The notes under the pieces are model-generated. The model was not told where the DNA came from. It was given only the letters and a program-made list of their open reading frames with translations, and searched no databases. Shown here in pieces: positions 1-10,585 of a stretch of 33,531 bases of DNA. Source of the stretch: Thiotrichales bacterium (GTDB lineage Bacteria; Pseudomonadota; Gammaproteobacteria; UWMA-0217); assembly GCA_024763135.1 (NCBI GenBank), contig JANTGD010000003.1, positions 1 to 33,531 on the forward strand, read 5' to 3'. A program made the position numbers and the translations under genes. How positions within the stretch are numbered: position 1 is the stretch's first letter; every line of letters begins with the position of its first letter.

Positions 1-726
1 CATGCACAGAGAGACCGCTATGGCCTGGTAGAGATAGTTGCGCATGACGATGAACGCAGTCTGCATTTTGGGAGTTCGATCGAGCAGGCGAGAATCCGCA
101 AGGGCGCGCCCGATCCTCTGTTTCACTACGCGCGTTGGCTGACGTTCACCGCCGCATTGAGGCATCGCGCCGATACTGCGCTGTTGCTGGGGTTGGGCGC
201 GGGCAGCGTGGCCCGATCGCTCTGGCAGCGCTCGGCCACTCTGCAGCTGGATGCGGTAGAGTTGCGGGAGGCGGTCGTCGAGGCTGCTTACACATGGTTT
301 GAGTTGCCCATCGATTCCCGGCTGGAAGTCTATGTGGCCGATGCGGGGCATTTTGTAACAGTGATGGATAGGCAGTACGACTTGCTGATCGTCGACCTCT
401 ACGATGCCCGGGGGGAAATTGAATTGCTTTTGGAGCGGGATTTTCTTTGCGCCTGTCGTGATCGATTGGCACCGGGTGGAGTGCTGGGGATCAATCTCTG
501 GCGCGTGAGTCCGCAGCGCTTCGAGCGTTCCTTAACGTTACTGCGCAGCGTTTTCGATTCGCAACTCCTCTGTGTCGATGCCGATGAAGCCAATACAGTC
601 GTGTTTGCTTTCAAGGGACGGCGACCCACACCTGAGGCGCTGGCTCGGCGAGCCCGGGTGCGCCGCTGGGCGAGTGCCCTGGATCTGGATACTGGCGGTC
701 TTTTGCAGTCCTACGCGATAAAGTGA
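1..726 (+). CDS. Spermidine synthase-like class I SAM-dependent methyltransferase, 5' end outside the window
   Basis: Frame is open from base 1 (HAQRDRYGLVEIV...RSLHFGSSIEQARI...). Has LLLGLGAGS SAM-binding motif, DAVELR, VADAG, YDLLIVDLYD and LAPGGVLGIN. Confidence 0.85.
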   Translation, partial: HAQRDRYGLVEIVAHDDERSLHFGSSIEQARIRKGAPDPLFHYARWLTFTAALRHRADTALLLGLGAGSVARSLWQRSATLQLDAVELREAVVEAAYTWFELPIDSRLEVYVADAGHFVTVMDRQYDLLIVDLYDARGEIELLLERDFLCACRDRLAPGGVLGINLWRVSPQRFERSLTLLRSVFDSQLLCVDADEANTVVFAFKGRRPTPEALARRARVRRWASALDLDTGGLLQSYAIK

Positions 727-1027
727 GACCTGCAACAAGGAACGCGATAAGCGGTGTCACTATACTGCTGATCAGATGCTCTGGCACAGATTGCTACTTG
801 GCTCCATTCGGGTTTTTGTTGCCAACCAGATCTTCACATTGGGTATAGATTCAGGCGTCGGGACTGTAATTGTGTTGGGTCTTCGTCGCCGTGGGCTCCA
901 GGTCGATTGACCATTGTTTTGCAGGCATATTGAGAGTCTCCCGGCATATCTTTTACCGCCCACCGAGCCCGTCTGTGTCAGCGCATCTTCTCTTCCTTTG
1001 GCTTGTCTTAGTCTCTGCTGTGCAGTC

Positions 1028-1357
1028 TCAGGTGTTCGTTCCCTCTGGCAGTATCACCCACAGCTCTCCGTCGTCCAGCGTTACCCCATAGGTCTGTAGC
1101 GGAATGGTCGCCGGCTCTACCACTGCTTCACCCGTCTTTACATTAAACATGCCACCATGCAGTGAGCATTGCACGCGTTCGCCTTTAAGGCAGCCCAGAT
1201 ATAGGGAAGAATCTTCATGGGTACAGGTATCGTCAACGGCGTAGTATTCCCCGTCCACATTGGCAACGAGAATCGCAACCCCCGGTTGTTTGATACGCAA
1301 TGTTTTACCTGGCTTAAGGGCGTCTGCTGGGCCTGCGGAGATGCGATGTGCGCACAT
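1028..1357 (-). CDS. Rieske [2Fe-2S] ferredoxin (dioxygenase ferredoxin-type)
   Basis: CTH...CSLH Rieske ligand motifs, followed by GMFNVKTG and PATIPLQTY; 109 aa. Confidence 0.92.
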   Translation of the reverse strand: MCAHRISAGPADALKPGKTLRIKQPGVAILVANVDGEYYAVDDTCTHEDSSLYLGCLKGERVQCSLHGGMFNVKTGEAVVEPATIPLQTYGVTLDDGELWVILPEGTNT

Positions 1358-1635
1358 GGGTTCGATCCTGTTCCGAAAAGCCCGTCGTTATACCAAACCC
1401 AAGCCAGCGGTACCAATATCCCTACAAGCCTCTGTCCGAGAATAGACCTCGTAGCGAGGGGGCGATTTTGAGTCCGTTATTTTGCTCATAGTGGGTGATA
1501 GTTACGCCTATTCATCGAATTTGGGCGGAAATATGGGCCAAAAGGGCATTCCAGTCATAGACCATCAATTCTTGGACAGGCTTCTGGGTATTGTTCATTC
1601 TGGTATTCTTAAGATGAAATAGTCTTGGTCTTGTT

Positions 1636-2172
1636 ATGCCGTTGCAACCCGAACAGTTCCTGCCAATTGCTCAGGCCCATCGCCTGATGATCCCTTGTGC
1701 GCAGGCGTTAGCCGAACCGCTTTACCGCGAGTACCTGCAAGCACGCGATCGACCCGATACCCACAGAAGTCACTATTTCGAGGGTCGTTTCGAAAATATT
1801 TATATCGATCGCCAGGCACTGCCAGCTTTGTCTCCCCTATTGGCGTTGGCAACTGAGGCGGCTGCGCTCCTGTGTCCGGCGTCGCCACCGTTGCAGGTGG
1901 GGTATTGGTTCAACGAAATGGCACCGGGGCAGCGCACCCTTATGCACACTCATGATGAAGCGGAGGAATGTTTGTCGGCGGTTTACTATGTCCGGGTTCC
2001 ACCGGAATCCGGGCGTTTTTTGCTCGGGTCGGGTCGTGGTCAGCGCAAGATCGAACCGATGACCGGTAGCCTGTTGTTTTTTCCGCCCACGCTTCTGCAT
2101 GGGGTCGAAACCAATCGTTCAACGCAGACACGCCTGTCGCTCGCTATGAATTTTGGCCCCCGCCATGCGTGA
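1636..2172 (+). CDS. Putative 2OG-Fe(II) oxygenase family protein
   Basis: WFN..PG...HTH, LSAVYYV, GSLLFFPPTLLHGV and RLSLAMN are typical of the double-stranded beta-helix 2OG-Fe(II) oxygenase fold. Confidence 0.8.
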   Translation: MPLQPEQFLPIAQAHRLMIPCAQALAEPLYREYLQARDRPDTHRSHYFEGRFENIYIDRQALPALSPLLALATEAAALLCPASPPLQVGYWFNEMAPGQRTLMHTHDEAEECLSAVYYVRVPPESGRFLLGSGRGQRKIEPMTGSLLFFPPTLLHGVETNRSTQTRLSLAMNFGPRHA

Positions 2173-2797
2173 AGTTGTCGTTTTGGTGCATGGGATTTGG
2201 ATGACCGGCGCTGAATTGATGCTGTTACGCCTGCATTTGCGTAGTGCGGGGTTTCGCGTCGTCCTATTCCATTATCACAGCCTGCTGCGCACACCTCACC
2301 AGAATGCTCAGCGATTGCACCACTGCCTGGATAACATCGATGCAGACCTGGTTCATCTTGTTGCGCACAGTCTCGGTGGCATTGTGGTGACGCACTTATT
2401 CAACGATTTTCCGCTGCAAAAGCCCGGACGCGTGGTGCTGATTGGGACGCCGCTGCATGGCAGCGCCGTGGCGCGGGCCTATGCACGCTTCTGGCCGACG
2501 CGATTATTGCTGGGACGGAGCGTTCAACAAGGGCTGCTCGGCGGCGCACCACGCTGGAAAGGCCAACGGGATTTGGCCATGATCGCGGGGAATCGTGGTG
2601 TGGGGATTGGTATGCTGACCTTTGGCGCTTTACCCGCGCCCAATGATGGCACCGTCGCAGTGGTGGAAACTGACAGCCCGGAGGTAAGCCAGCATCTGGT
2701 GGTCCCTTATAGCCACTTTGGAATGCTGTTTGCGCGGCCCGTTGCGCAGGCTGTGGTGGCATTTCTGCGCACCGGACGCTTTGACGACGCACTGTAA
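2165..2797 (+). CDS. Alpha/beta fold hydrolase (lipase/esterase-like)
   Basis: VLVHG oxyanion motif, AHSLGG nucleophile elbow, GTPLHGS, NDGTV, SH. ATG at 2165 overlaps the upstream stop (ATGCGTGA). Confidence 0.88.
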   Translation: MREVVVLVHGIWMTGAELMLLRLHLRSAGFRVVLFHYHSLLRTPHQNAQRLHHCLDNIDADLVHLVAHSLGGIVVTHLFNDFPLQKPGRVVLIGTPLHGSAVARAYARFWPTRLLLGRSVQQGLLGGAPRWKGQRDLAMIAGNRGVGIGMLTFGALPAPNDGTVAVVETDSPEVSQHLVVPYSHFGMLFARPVAQAVVAFLRTGRFDDAL

Positions 2798-2936
2798 AAG
2801 TAGGTGGGCCGATGTCCTGTGTGCAAACGCTTTTGTCCCAGCGGTTGGCCTACGTGGCAACGAATTAGACGGGCATGCAGAGTTGCCGCTGTTTCCTATG
2901 TTAAACTGCTGCTATTTTACTTGGAGAGCTGACGGT

Positions 2937-3686
2937 ATGGCTGGACATAGTAAATGGGCCAATATCAAACATAAGAAAGCCGCGAATGACAAGAAGCGTG
3001 GCAAGATCTGGACAAAGCTGATTCGCGAAATCACGGTCGCGGCGAAGGAGGGAAAGACGTCCGATCCCGCCGCGCACCCCCGTTTACGCCTTGCAGTGGA
3101 CAAAGCACTCGCGGCAAATATGCCGAAGGATACGATCGAAAAAGCCTGTAAGCGTGGCGCGGGTGAAACCGAAGGCGTGAACTATGAAGAAGTCCGCTAT
3201 GAAGGTTACGGGCCTTCAGGCGTGGCTATTATGGTGGATTGCCTCACGGATAACCGCAATCGTACGGTTTCCGAAGTGCGCCATGTGTTTACCAAGTTGG
3301 GTGGTAATCTGGGTACCGATGGTTCCGTTGCCTACATGTTCAATAAAACCGGCATTCTGAGTTTTGCCCCGGGTACGGACGAGTATCAGATTATGGAGGC
3401 GGCATTGGAAGCCGGGGCCGAAGATGTTGTCGCCAACGACGATGGGTCGGTCGATGTGCTGACCAGCCCTGAGAGTTTTCAGGACGTCAAGGCGGCTCTC
3501 GAAGCCGCTGGACTCAAACCGGAATCGGCAGAGGTCACTATGCGGGCCGATACATTGACCGCCCTGGACAAGGAAACCGGGGAAAAGGTGCTGCGCATGA
3601 TCGACATGCTCGAAGATCTGGACGATGTTCAGGAGGTCTATTCGAATGCGGATATCCCGGATGAGGTTTTGGAGGCTGCAGGTTAA
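2937..3686 (+). CDS. yebC: YebC/PmpR family protein
   Basis: Canonical N-terminus [14 protein letters not shown]; [15 protein letters not shown] and [13 protein letters not shown] motifs; GGAG upstream of ATG 2937. Confidence 0.97.
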   Translation: MAGHSKWANIKHKKAANDKKRGKIWTKLIREITVAAKEGKTSDPAAHPRLRLAVDKALAANMPKDTIEKACKRGAGETEGVNYEEVRYEGYGPSGVAIMVDCLTDNRNRTVSEVRHVFTKLGGNLGTDGSVAYMFNKTGILSFAPGTDEYQIMEAALEAGAEDVVANDDGSVDVLTSPESFQDVKAALEAAGLKPESAEVTMRADTLTALDKETGEKVLRMIDMLEDLDDVQEVYSNADIPDEVLEAAG

Positions 3687-3745
3687 GTGACTTGGGGGGG
3701 AGCGCGCACGAGTCGCGATGCGCAACAATTACCAGGGAGGGTTGC

Positions 3746-4243
3746 ATGAGAATTTTAGGGATCGATCCCGGTTCCCGATTGACGGGGTTTGGCGTAATCG
3801 ACAGTGATGGCCGGCAGAGTCGCTATGTCGCCAGCGGTGCCATCAAGGTCGAGGGCGCGGATCTTGCGCAAAAGCTGGGATTGATCTTCACGCAGGTACA
3901 GCAGGTGATCATGGATTATGCCCCGACTGAAATGGCCATTGAAAAGGTCTTTGTCTCCCGCAGCGCCGATTCTGCGTTGAAGCTGGGTCAGGCGCGTGGT
4001 GCAGCCATCTGCGCCGGAGTGCTGCAGACACTTCCCGTCGCCGAATATACACCGCGAGGTATCAAGCAAGCTGTTGTCGGTCAGGGTGGCGCAAGCAAAG
4101 AGCAGGTGCAGCATATGGTTAAGATGTTGCTGAATTTGCAAGGTCGTTTGCAGGCAGATGCGGCCGACGCGCTGGCCGTAGCGCTGTGTCATGCGCATAC
4201 CAGCGTGACGCAGAAGCGCTTGCGGGCCGGGGTCTCACCATGA
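3746..4243 (+). CDS. ruvC: Holliday junction resolvase RuvC
   Basis: MRILGIDPGS, AIEKVFV, ALKLGQARG, DAADALAVALCH; GGGAGG RBS. Confidence 0.97.
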   Translation: MRILGIDPGSRLTGFGVIDSDGRQSRYVASGAIKVEGADLAQKLGLIFTQVQQVIMDYAPTEMAIEKVFVSRSADSALKLGQARGAAICAGVLQTLPVAEYTPRGIKQAVVGQGGASKEQVQHMVKMLLNLQGRLQADAADALAVALCHAHTSVTQKRLRAGVSP

Positions 4244-4833
4244 TTGGCAGGCTGCGCGGGCGCTTGGTGCAGAAACGCCCCCCTGAGCTATTGATCGAGG
4301 TCAATGGGTTGGGTTATGAAGTCCTCGCGCCCATGTCGACGCTGTTCGATTTGCCCGCGCTGGGTGAAGAAGTCACGCTAGTGACACATTTTCATGTGCG
4401 TGACGACGCTCAGGTGTTGTATGGCTTTTTAACCGAGGCCGAGCGGAGTCTGTTTCGCGGGCTGATCAAGGTCAATGGCGTGGGTGCCAAGATGGCGCTG
4501 GCGGTACTCTCGGGTATGAATCCCATGGAATTCAGCAGTTGCGTGCGCAATGGCGATCAAGCCGCTTTGACGCGTGTGCCGGGAATCGGAAAAAAAACAG
4601 CGGAGCGTCTGATCATTGAAATGCGCGATCGTCTGGACCTAGACGCCTTGGATGCGCCTAGCGATACGCTGGTGGCGCCGGCCACGGAAGAAGATCCGGC
4701 CAGCGAGGCGACCCAGGCGCTGGTTGCGCTGGGCTATAAACCCCAGGATGCCACGCGCATGATTCGTACGGTCGCGCAACCCGGTCTCAACAGTGAAGCG
4801 CTGATCCGTCTGGCACTGAAGGGGGCGCTGTGA
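4240..4833 (+). CDS. ruvA: Holliday junction branch migration protein RuvA
   Basis: [47 protein letters not shown]; ATGA overlap with ruvC. Confidence 0.97.
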   Translation: MIGRLRGRLVQKRPPELLIEVNGLGYEVLAPMSTLFDLPALGEEVTLVTHFHVRDDAQVLYGFLTEAERSLFRGLIKVNGVGAKMALAVLSGMNPMEFSSCVRNGDQAALTRVPGIGKKTAERLIIEMRDRLDLDALDAPSDTLVAPATEEDPASEATQALVALGYKPQDATRMIRTVAQPGLNSEALIRLALKGAL

Positions 4834-5879
4834 ATCGCGATGCCGTTTTCGATGCCCATGCGGCTGGGGATGAATTGGTGCTTGAGCAAAGCATTCGTCC
4901 CAAATTACTGAAAGACTACGTCGGACAGCCTGTGGTGCGCGAGCAAATGGAAATATTTATTGGTGCTGCGCGCCAACGCCACGAGGCCCTGGACCATGTG
5001 TTGATCTTTGGACCGCCGGGTCTGGGAAAGACCACCTTGTCGCATATTATTGCTCACGAAATGCAGGCCAGCCTGCGCCAGACCTCGGGGCCTGTTCTGG
5101 AAAAGGCCGGTGATCTGGCCGCAATCCTAACCAATCTAGAACAAGGCGACGTGCTGTTTGTGGATGAAATTCACCGCCTCAGCCCCGTGGTGGAAGAGAT
5201 CCTGTATCCCGCCATGGAGGATTTTCAACTGGATATTATGATTGGTGAGGGGCCCGCCGCGCGTTCGATCAAGCTGGATCTGCCCCCCTTTACGCTCGTG
5301 GGCGCCACGACACGCGCCGGTTTGCTTACCTCGCCGCTGCGTGATCGCTTTGGTATTGTGCAGCGTCTGGAGTTTTATAGCCGTGAGGATCTGGCCTCGA
5401 TCGTGACGCGTTCGGCGGTGATTCTGGGGGTGAGTATCGACACGCAGGGCGCACAGGAAATTGCCAAGCGCTCACGTGGTACACCGCGCATTGCCAACCG
5501 CTTACTGAGACGAGTGCGTGACTATGCCGAAGTGCGTCATGATGGGCATATCGATGCCGTAATAGCTGGTGCAGCGCTCGATCTGCTGAATGTGGATGTC
5601 CACGGGTTTGATGGTATGGATCGACGACTCTTGCTGGCGATCATTGAAAAATTCGACGGTGGGCCGGTGGGCGTGGATTCGCTGTCGGCCGCAATCGGCG
5701 AGGAACGCGGCACGATCGAGGACGTCATTGAGCCATTTCTCATTCAGCAGGGTTTTATGATGCGCACACCGCGAGGGCGTGTGGCGACTCGGACTGCCTA
5801 CCAGCATTTTGGCCTGCGCCTACCGGAATCGAGCACTGAGTCCTCTCCTGAACGTGATTTATTCGGCGAATCCGGGTAG
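4830..5879 (+). CDS. ruvB: Holliday junction branch migration helicase RuvB
   Basis: Walker A GPPGLGKT, Walker [34 protein letters not shown]. Confidence 0.98.
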   Translation: MNRDAVFDAHAAGDELVLEQSIRPKLLKDYVGQPVVREQMEIFIGAARQRHEALDHVLIFGPPGLGKTTLSHIIAHEMQASLRQTSGPVLEKAGDLAAILTNLEQGDVLFVDEIHRLSPVVEEILYPAMEDFQLDIMIGEGPAARSIKLDLPPFTLVGATTRAGLLTSPLRDRFGIVQRLEFYSREDLASIVTRSAVILGVSIDTQGAQEIAKRSRGTPRIANRLLRRVRDYAEVRHDGHIDAVIAGAALDLLNVDVHGFDGMDRRLLLAIIEKFDGGPVGVDSLSAAIGEERGTIEDVIEPFLIQQGFMMRTPRGRVATRTAYQHFGLRLPESSTESSPERDLFGESG

Positions 5880-5910
5880 ATTGTGCGCTTTGGAGCGAAT
5901 TGTTGCTTAG

Positions 5911-6318
5911 ATGGACCAAGTGTCGACTTGGCCGGTGCGGGTTTACTATGAGGATACCGATGCCGGCGGCGTGGTGTACTACGCAAATTACCTCAAATTC
6001 ATGGAACGAGCCCGCACCGAATTTTTGCGCGGGCTGGGCTATGAGCAGGATCGGTTAGCCGCTGACGAGGGCGTTCTGTTTGTCGTCAGGCATGTCGAGA
6101 TAGACTATCATTTACCGGCTCGTTTCAATCAGTTACTTCAAATTGTAACCCGTGTTGTGGAAACTGGCCGCGCCCGGCTAGTGTTCGAGCAGCATATTAA
6201 TTACCAGGATCGGTGTCTGACGCAAGCCAAGGTCACCATCGCCTGTATTGATGCTGGCCGCTTCAGGCCACGGGCCATCCCTGAATCTATGCGTAAGGAA
6301 CTACAACGTGTCTGTTGA
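5911..6318 (+). CDS. ybgC: Tol-Pal-associated acyl-CoA thioesterase YbgC
   Basis: VRVYYEDTDAGGVVYYANYLKFMERARTE; position directly before tolQ. Confidence 0.96.
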   Translation: MDQVSTWPVRVYYEDTDAGGVVYYANYLKFMERARTEFLRGLGYEQDRLAADEGVLFVVRHVEIDYHLPARFNQLLQIVTRVVETGRARLVFEQHINYQDRCLTQAKVTIACIDAGRFRPRAIPESMRKELQRVC

Positions 6319-6985
6319 TCTCTCGATACTGAGCCTGGTGATGGAAGCCAGCCTGGTCGTCAAAGTAGTCATGGCGATTTTGTTATTCGCCTCGATGGCT
6401 TCTTGGACCGTTATTGTCATCAAATGGCGAATCATTGGCCGCGCAAAACAGCAAGCTGAAGACTTTGAGGAAAAATTTTGGTCGGGAGGTGAGTTGGAAA
6501 AGCTCTACGACGGCATTACGCGCCAGCCCGAAGTATCCGGAATGGAGAACATCTTCGCCTCAGGTTTCAAGGAATACCTGCGTCAACTGCGCTCCAAGAC
6601 CCCCTCACATATCGGCCAGCTGGAAATGATCACCCGCTCAATGCGCGTGGCCACCGCGCGTGAAGTGGATGCCTTGGAAAGCTCGCTGGCATTTTTGGCC
6701 ACGGTAGGCTCCACGAGTCCTTATATCGGGCTATTTGGTACGGTTTGGGGCATTATGAATTCCTTTCGCGCCTTGGGGGATGCGCAACTCAACACCCTGT
6801 CGGCTGTTGCGCCGGGCATAGCCGAAGCGCTGATTGCAACCGCCATCGGCTTGTTTGCCGCCATTCCCGCAGTGATTGCCTATAACCGCTATTCCGACGA
6901 TGTGGAGCGTCTGATCACGCGGTACGATAATTTCGTTGAGGAATTCATTACCTTGCTGCAGCGTCACGCTACACGAAAGTCCTAA
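6308..6985 (+). CDS. tolQ: Tol-Pal inner membrane protein TolQ
   Basis: LATVGSTSPYIGLFGTVWGIMNSF and VAPGIAEALIATAIGLFAAIPA; GTG start at 6308 inferred. Confidence 0.96.
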   Translation: MSVDLSILSLVMEASLVVKVVMAILLFASMASWTVIVIKWRIIGRAKQQAEDFEEKFWSGGELEKLYDGITRQPEVSGMENIFASGFKEYLRQLRSKTPSHIGQLEMITRSMRVATAREVDALESSLAFLATVGSTSPYIGLFGTVWGIMNSFRALGDAQLNTLSAVAPGIAEALIATAIGLFAAIPAVIAYNRYSDDVERLITRYDNFVEEFITLLQRHATRKS

Positions 6986-6989
6986 GCGT

Positions 6990-7433
6990 ATGTCTTACCA
7001 TCGTCGCAATAAACGCAAACCCATGGCGCAGATCAACGTGGTGCCCTATATCGACGTCATGTTGGTGTTATTGGTCATTTTTATGGTGACCGCACCCATG
7101 ATGCAAACTGGTGTGGAGATCGATCTGCCCAATGCCAGCGCCAAACCTGTAGACGACGAACCGACCGAGCAATTGGTGGTTTCCATTGATCGGGAGGGCC
7201 AGTTTCATATTGATGCCGATGGCCCGAATGCTCCGCCCGTTGCGGATGAAATCGAATTAGCCAATCGTGTGGCGTCCATGCTCCAGGAGCATAAAAATAA
7301 ACAGGTTTATGTGCGTGGGGACGAAGCCGTTGATTACGGGCGAGTGGTATTGGCGATGACAGCCATTCAGGCAGCCGGTGCCACCGGAATTGGCTTGATC
7401 ACCGAACCACCCAAAGGGCAGCAGGCCAGGTAA
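6990..7433 (+). CDS. tolR: Tol-Pal protein TolR
   Basis: INVVPYIDVMLVLLVIFMVTAP; RGDEAVDYG; synteny. Confidence 0.96.
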   Translation: MSYHRRNKRKPMAQINVVPYIDVMLVLLVIFMVTAPMMQTGVEIDLPNASAKPVDDEPTEQLVVSIDREGQFHIDADGPNAPPVADEIELANRVASMLQEHKNKQVYVRGDEAVDYGRVVLAMTAIQAAGATGIGLITEPPKGQQAR

Positions 7434-7440
7434 GCGCATT

Positions 7441-8400
7441 ATGTGGGAGACCATCAGGCAGCACCCCAAATCGGTTTTGGTTGCCGTTTTAATTCATCTT
7501 TTTCTGCTAGCGTTCTTTGTCATCAAATTCGACTGGCATCGCGAGGTGGCGGCCCCGGCGCAGCCAATCCAGGCAACTGTGGTGAGTGATCCCAAGGCCA
7601 TTGAGCAATTGCGAGAGCAGCTTCAACCCGAGCCTGAACCCCCGCCTCCCGATCTGCAGGCCATTGAGGCTGAAAAGCAGGCCGAAGCCGAGCGCCAACA
7701 AGCAGCAGAAAGGCAGCGTGAAGAGGCACGCAAACGTGAGGAAGCCGAACGACAATTAGCATTGCAGAAAAAACAGGAAGAAGCGCAGCGGCAATTGGAG
7801 TTGCAGCGTCAGCAGGAAGCCGAACAGCGTCGTGAAGAGGAACTTAAACGCCAACAGCAAGCGGCAGAAAAAAAACGCCAGGCCGAACTTGAAAAGCAGA
7901 AAGCCGAAGCAGAGAAGCGTCGCCAAGCGGAACTGGAGAAGAAAAAACGTGAAGAAGAAGCCAAACGGCGTAAGGCAGAGGAAGAACGCAAGCGTAAACT
8001 AGCCGAGAAAAAACGCCGTGAAGCCGAGCAAAAGAAGATCCGGGAGGCAGAAAAAAAGGCCGAGGCCGAGCGGCGCGCGCAGATGATTGCCCAAGAGCAG
8101 GCGGCGCTTGAGCAGGCAAGATTCGCCGGGCTAAAAAATCAGTATATTGCTGCAATTAAAAGCCGCGTGGAAAGTAAATGGTTTCGACCACCCGGAGAGG
8201 AAGCCGTGAAATGCGTGGTGCAAGTCAAGCAGGCGCCCACGGGCATTGTGTTGGATGTGCGTGTGCAGCAATCTGCAAGTTGCAGTGCAGCCATGGCGGA
8301 ATCAGTAAAAAAAGCGGTTGAGCGGGCTGATCCATTGCCCCGCGCGCCCGATCCCCGAGTATTTGAGCGGGATCTTCGCTTTATTTTTGAACCACAGTAA
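7441..8400 (+). CDS. tolA: Tol-Pal protein TolA
   Basis: N-terminal TM helix with S...H motif, long E/K/Q/R/A-rich helical linker, TonB/TolA-type C-terminal domain; synteny. Confidence 0.93.
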   Translation: MWETIRQHPKSVLVAVLIHLFLLAFFVIKFDWHREVAAPAQPIQATVVSDPKAIEQLREQLQPEPEPPPPDLQAIEAEKQAEAERQQAAERQREEARKREEAERQLALQKKQEEAQRQLELQRQQEAEQRREEELKRQQQAAEKKRQAELEKQKAEAEKRRQAELEKKKREEEAKRRKAEEERKRKLAEKKRREAEQKKIREAEKKAEAERRAQMIAQEQAALEQARFAGLKNQYIAAIKSRVESKWFRPPGEEAVKCVVQVKQAPTGIVLDVRVQQSASCSAAMAESVKKAVERADPLPRAPDPRVFERDLRFIFEPQ

Positions 8401-8414
8401 GAAGGGAACAGCTC

Positions 8415-9692
8415 ATGAGGAGTTTCAAGACAATCACGCTGATACTGTTGTGGCTCGCGGTGCTACCCGCCCAGGCTGCTTTGGAAATCAGAATTACCCA
8501 GGGGGCCGCCAATGCCATGCCGATTGCGATTGCGCCCTTTGCGTTTACAGGTGCTGCACAGCCCCGCGAGCAGGTGGATGAAATCGTGATGGCAGATCTC
8601 GGTCGTAGCGGTCGTTTTAAGCCCGTACCGAGAGACCGTTTTGCGCAACCGAATATGGGGCCTGGCAATATTGAGTTCTTCCGCTGGCGTGACCGCAATG
8701 TGCCCTATCTGGTCGTGGGCCAAGTGTTGGAAAATGGCACGGACTATGTAGTAGAGTTTCAGTTGTTCGATTCGGCCAGCGGCCAGCAAATGGCAGGCTA
8801 TCGCGTGCCGGCAAAAGCCAGTGGCCTGCGTATGGCAGCGCATCAAGTTGCCGACCTCATCTACGAAAAAGTGATTGGGGTGCGCGGCGCGTTCAATACA
8901 CGGATTGCCTATATCACCTCTTCACCCGGCAGTTATAAGCTCGAAGTGGCGGATTCAGATGGTTACAATGCGCACACGATTCTAAATTCCGACAGTCCAC
9001 TGATGTCGCCGGATTGGTCTCCCGATGCGCGCAAAATTGCTTATGTTTCTTTCGAAAACAACCGCTCGAGTATCTATGTGCAGGATGTGATTACCGGGCA
9101 GCGTCAACGCGTTTCCAGCCATCGCGGGATTAACGGCGCTCCGGCATTTTCACCAGACGGTTCGCGACTGGCGCTCACCTTGTCAGAATCGGGTTATCCG
9201 CAAATCTACGTTTTGGAACTCAGCAGTGGCAAACTCAAGCGTTTGACCAATGATCGCGCCATTAATACTGAACCTGCCTGGATGCCAGATGGGAAACGCA
9301 TTGTATTCACCTCGAATCGCACCGGAAAACCGCAGCTCTATCAGGTCTCTGCCCAGGGAGGTGCTGCGCGTCGCCTGACCTATGAGGGAGAGTATAATTC
9401 CGCAGCGTCGGTGGCACCTGACGGTACAAAAATAGCATTGGTCAATGGCGATGGCGGGCGATTTCGCATTGGTATTTTTGACCTGGAAAGCGGAGAGCTG
9501 CGGATCGTTACCAACGGTACCTTGGACGAATCACCCAGTTTCGCGCCGAATGGCAGTATGGTGATCTACGCGACTAAAGAAGGCGGGCACGACGTGCTTG
9601 CCGCAGTGAGTGAAGACGGGAGTGTGCGCCAGAGCCTCGTTTTACGCGGTGGCGAAGTGCGGGAACCCGATTGGTCGCCGTTTCTCAATTAA
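8415..9692 (+). CDS. tolB: Tol-Pal periplasmic beta-propeller protein TolB
   Basis: Signal peptide (AQA), LEIRITQG, repeated PxWSPDG/PAFSPDG blades, C-terminal VREPDWSPF. Confidence 0.96.
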   Translation: MRSFKTITLILLWLAVLPAQAALEIRITQGAANAMPIAIAPFAFTGAAQPREQVDEIVMADLGRSGRFKPVPRDRFAQPNMGPGNIEFFRWRDRNVPYLVVGQVLENGTDYVVEFQLFDSASGQQMAGYRVPAKASGLRMAAHQVADLIYEKVIGVRGAFNTRIAYITSSPGSYKLEVADSDGYNAHTILNSDSPLMSPDWSPDARKIAYVSFENNRSSIYVQDVITGQRQRVSSHRGINGAPAFSPDGSRLALTLSESGYPQIYVLELSSGKLKRLTNDRAINTEPAWMPDGKRIVFTSNRTGKPQLYQVSAQGGAARRLTYEGEYNSAASVAPDGTKIALVNGDGGRFRIGIFDLESGELRIVTNGTLDESPSFAPNGSMVIYATKEGGHDVLAAVSEDGSVRQSLVLRGGEVREPDWSPFLN

Positions 9693-10048
9693 TTGGCTGC
9701 CCAAATAAACATTGGAGGGTGCGGAACCCTTTGTCGGATGTTGGCGCGAGGAAATGTGTGGAATTGCGAAGCGGATCGCGTGGGTTACTCGTTTTTTACA
9801 TACTTTAACATCTGTCACGCGATATAGTCGGCTTTTTTTAAATGCTAAAAATCCCGCGCATCCAGGGGTTCACTTTGGATTGGCTTGGTCATTGAGTATT
9901 GGGAGCGACAGCGCGCGCTACGATAATCAGCGCGTCAATGGGTTTTTTGGGTGCGATGGACTGCTTGATGCGCAGACCAAGATGGTCGAGGGTGTTGATG
10001 CATTGAGACTGATCGAAACAGCAAGTGACTATTTTATATGGAGTTGAA

Positions 10049-10585
10049 ATGACGATACGTAGTGTAGTGATAATGATCGTAGTGGCGCTTTTCCTTGGCG
10101 GTTGTGCGGGGAATAAAAAAGTGACCAAGCCAGAAATCGAGCGCGGCGCGCCCGAGCCTCCGAGCAGCGCTCAAACCAGCGGGGCAGGAATGGGCAGCGG
10201 CACTGCGACTGAAATGCAGGGCGCCATGGATCCGTTTGAAGATCCCAATAATCCCTTGTCACAACGTGTGATTTACTTTGACTACAACAGCAGTGACGTC
10301 AAAGATATCGATATTGTCAATGCACACGCCCAGTATCTTGCCGATCATCCTCAAGCACGTGTGCGTCTTGAAGGGCACGCGGATGAACGCGGTTCGCGGG
10401 AATACAATGTGGCACTGTCCGAACGGCGCGCATTGGCAGTCAAAGAACTGATGATGTTCCGTGGCGTTAGGCCCAATCAGATCACAATTATTGCTTATGG
10501 AGAAGAACGTCCTGTGGTCTATGGGCATGACGAGGCGTCGTACCGGGAGAATCGCCGCGTAGAGATTGTCTATGAAGCCAAATAA
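10049..10585 (+). CDS. pal: Peptidoglycan-associated lipoprotein Pal
   Basis: Lipobox LGGC; IYFDYNS, EGHADERGSREYNVALSERRA, ENRRVEI; GGAG before ATG 10049. Confidence 0.96.
   Translation: MTIRSVVIMIVVALFLGGCAGNKKVTKPEIERGAPEPPSSAQTSGAGMGSGTATEMQGAMDPFEDPNNPLSQRVIYFDYNSSDVKDIDIVNAHAQYLADHPQARVRLEGHADERGSREYNVALSERRALAVKELMMFRGVRPNQITIIAYGEERPVVYGHDEASYRENRRVEIVYEAK

Noticed and set aside
2718-2936. 73-aa N-terminal extension of YebC in the ORF track
   Set aside because: Overlaps the hydrolase gene; the canonical MAGHSKW start with an RBS is at 2937.
7620-8110. Repetitive GAA/AAA/GCC-rich stretch
   Set aside because: It is the normal low-complexity helical linker of TolA, not a DNA repeat element.
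9712-10047. 111-aa ORF in the tolB-pal spacer
   Set aside because: TTG start, no recognisable motif, and composition unlike a real protein.
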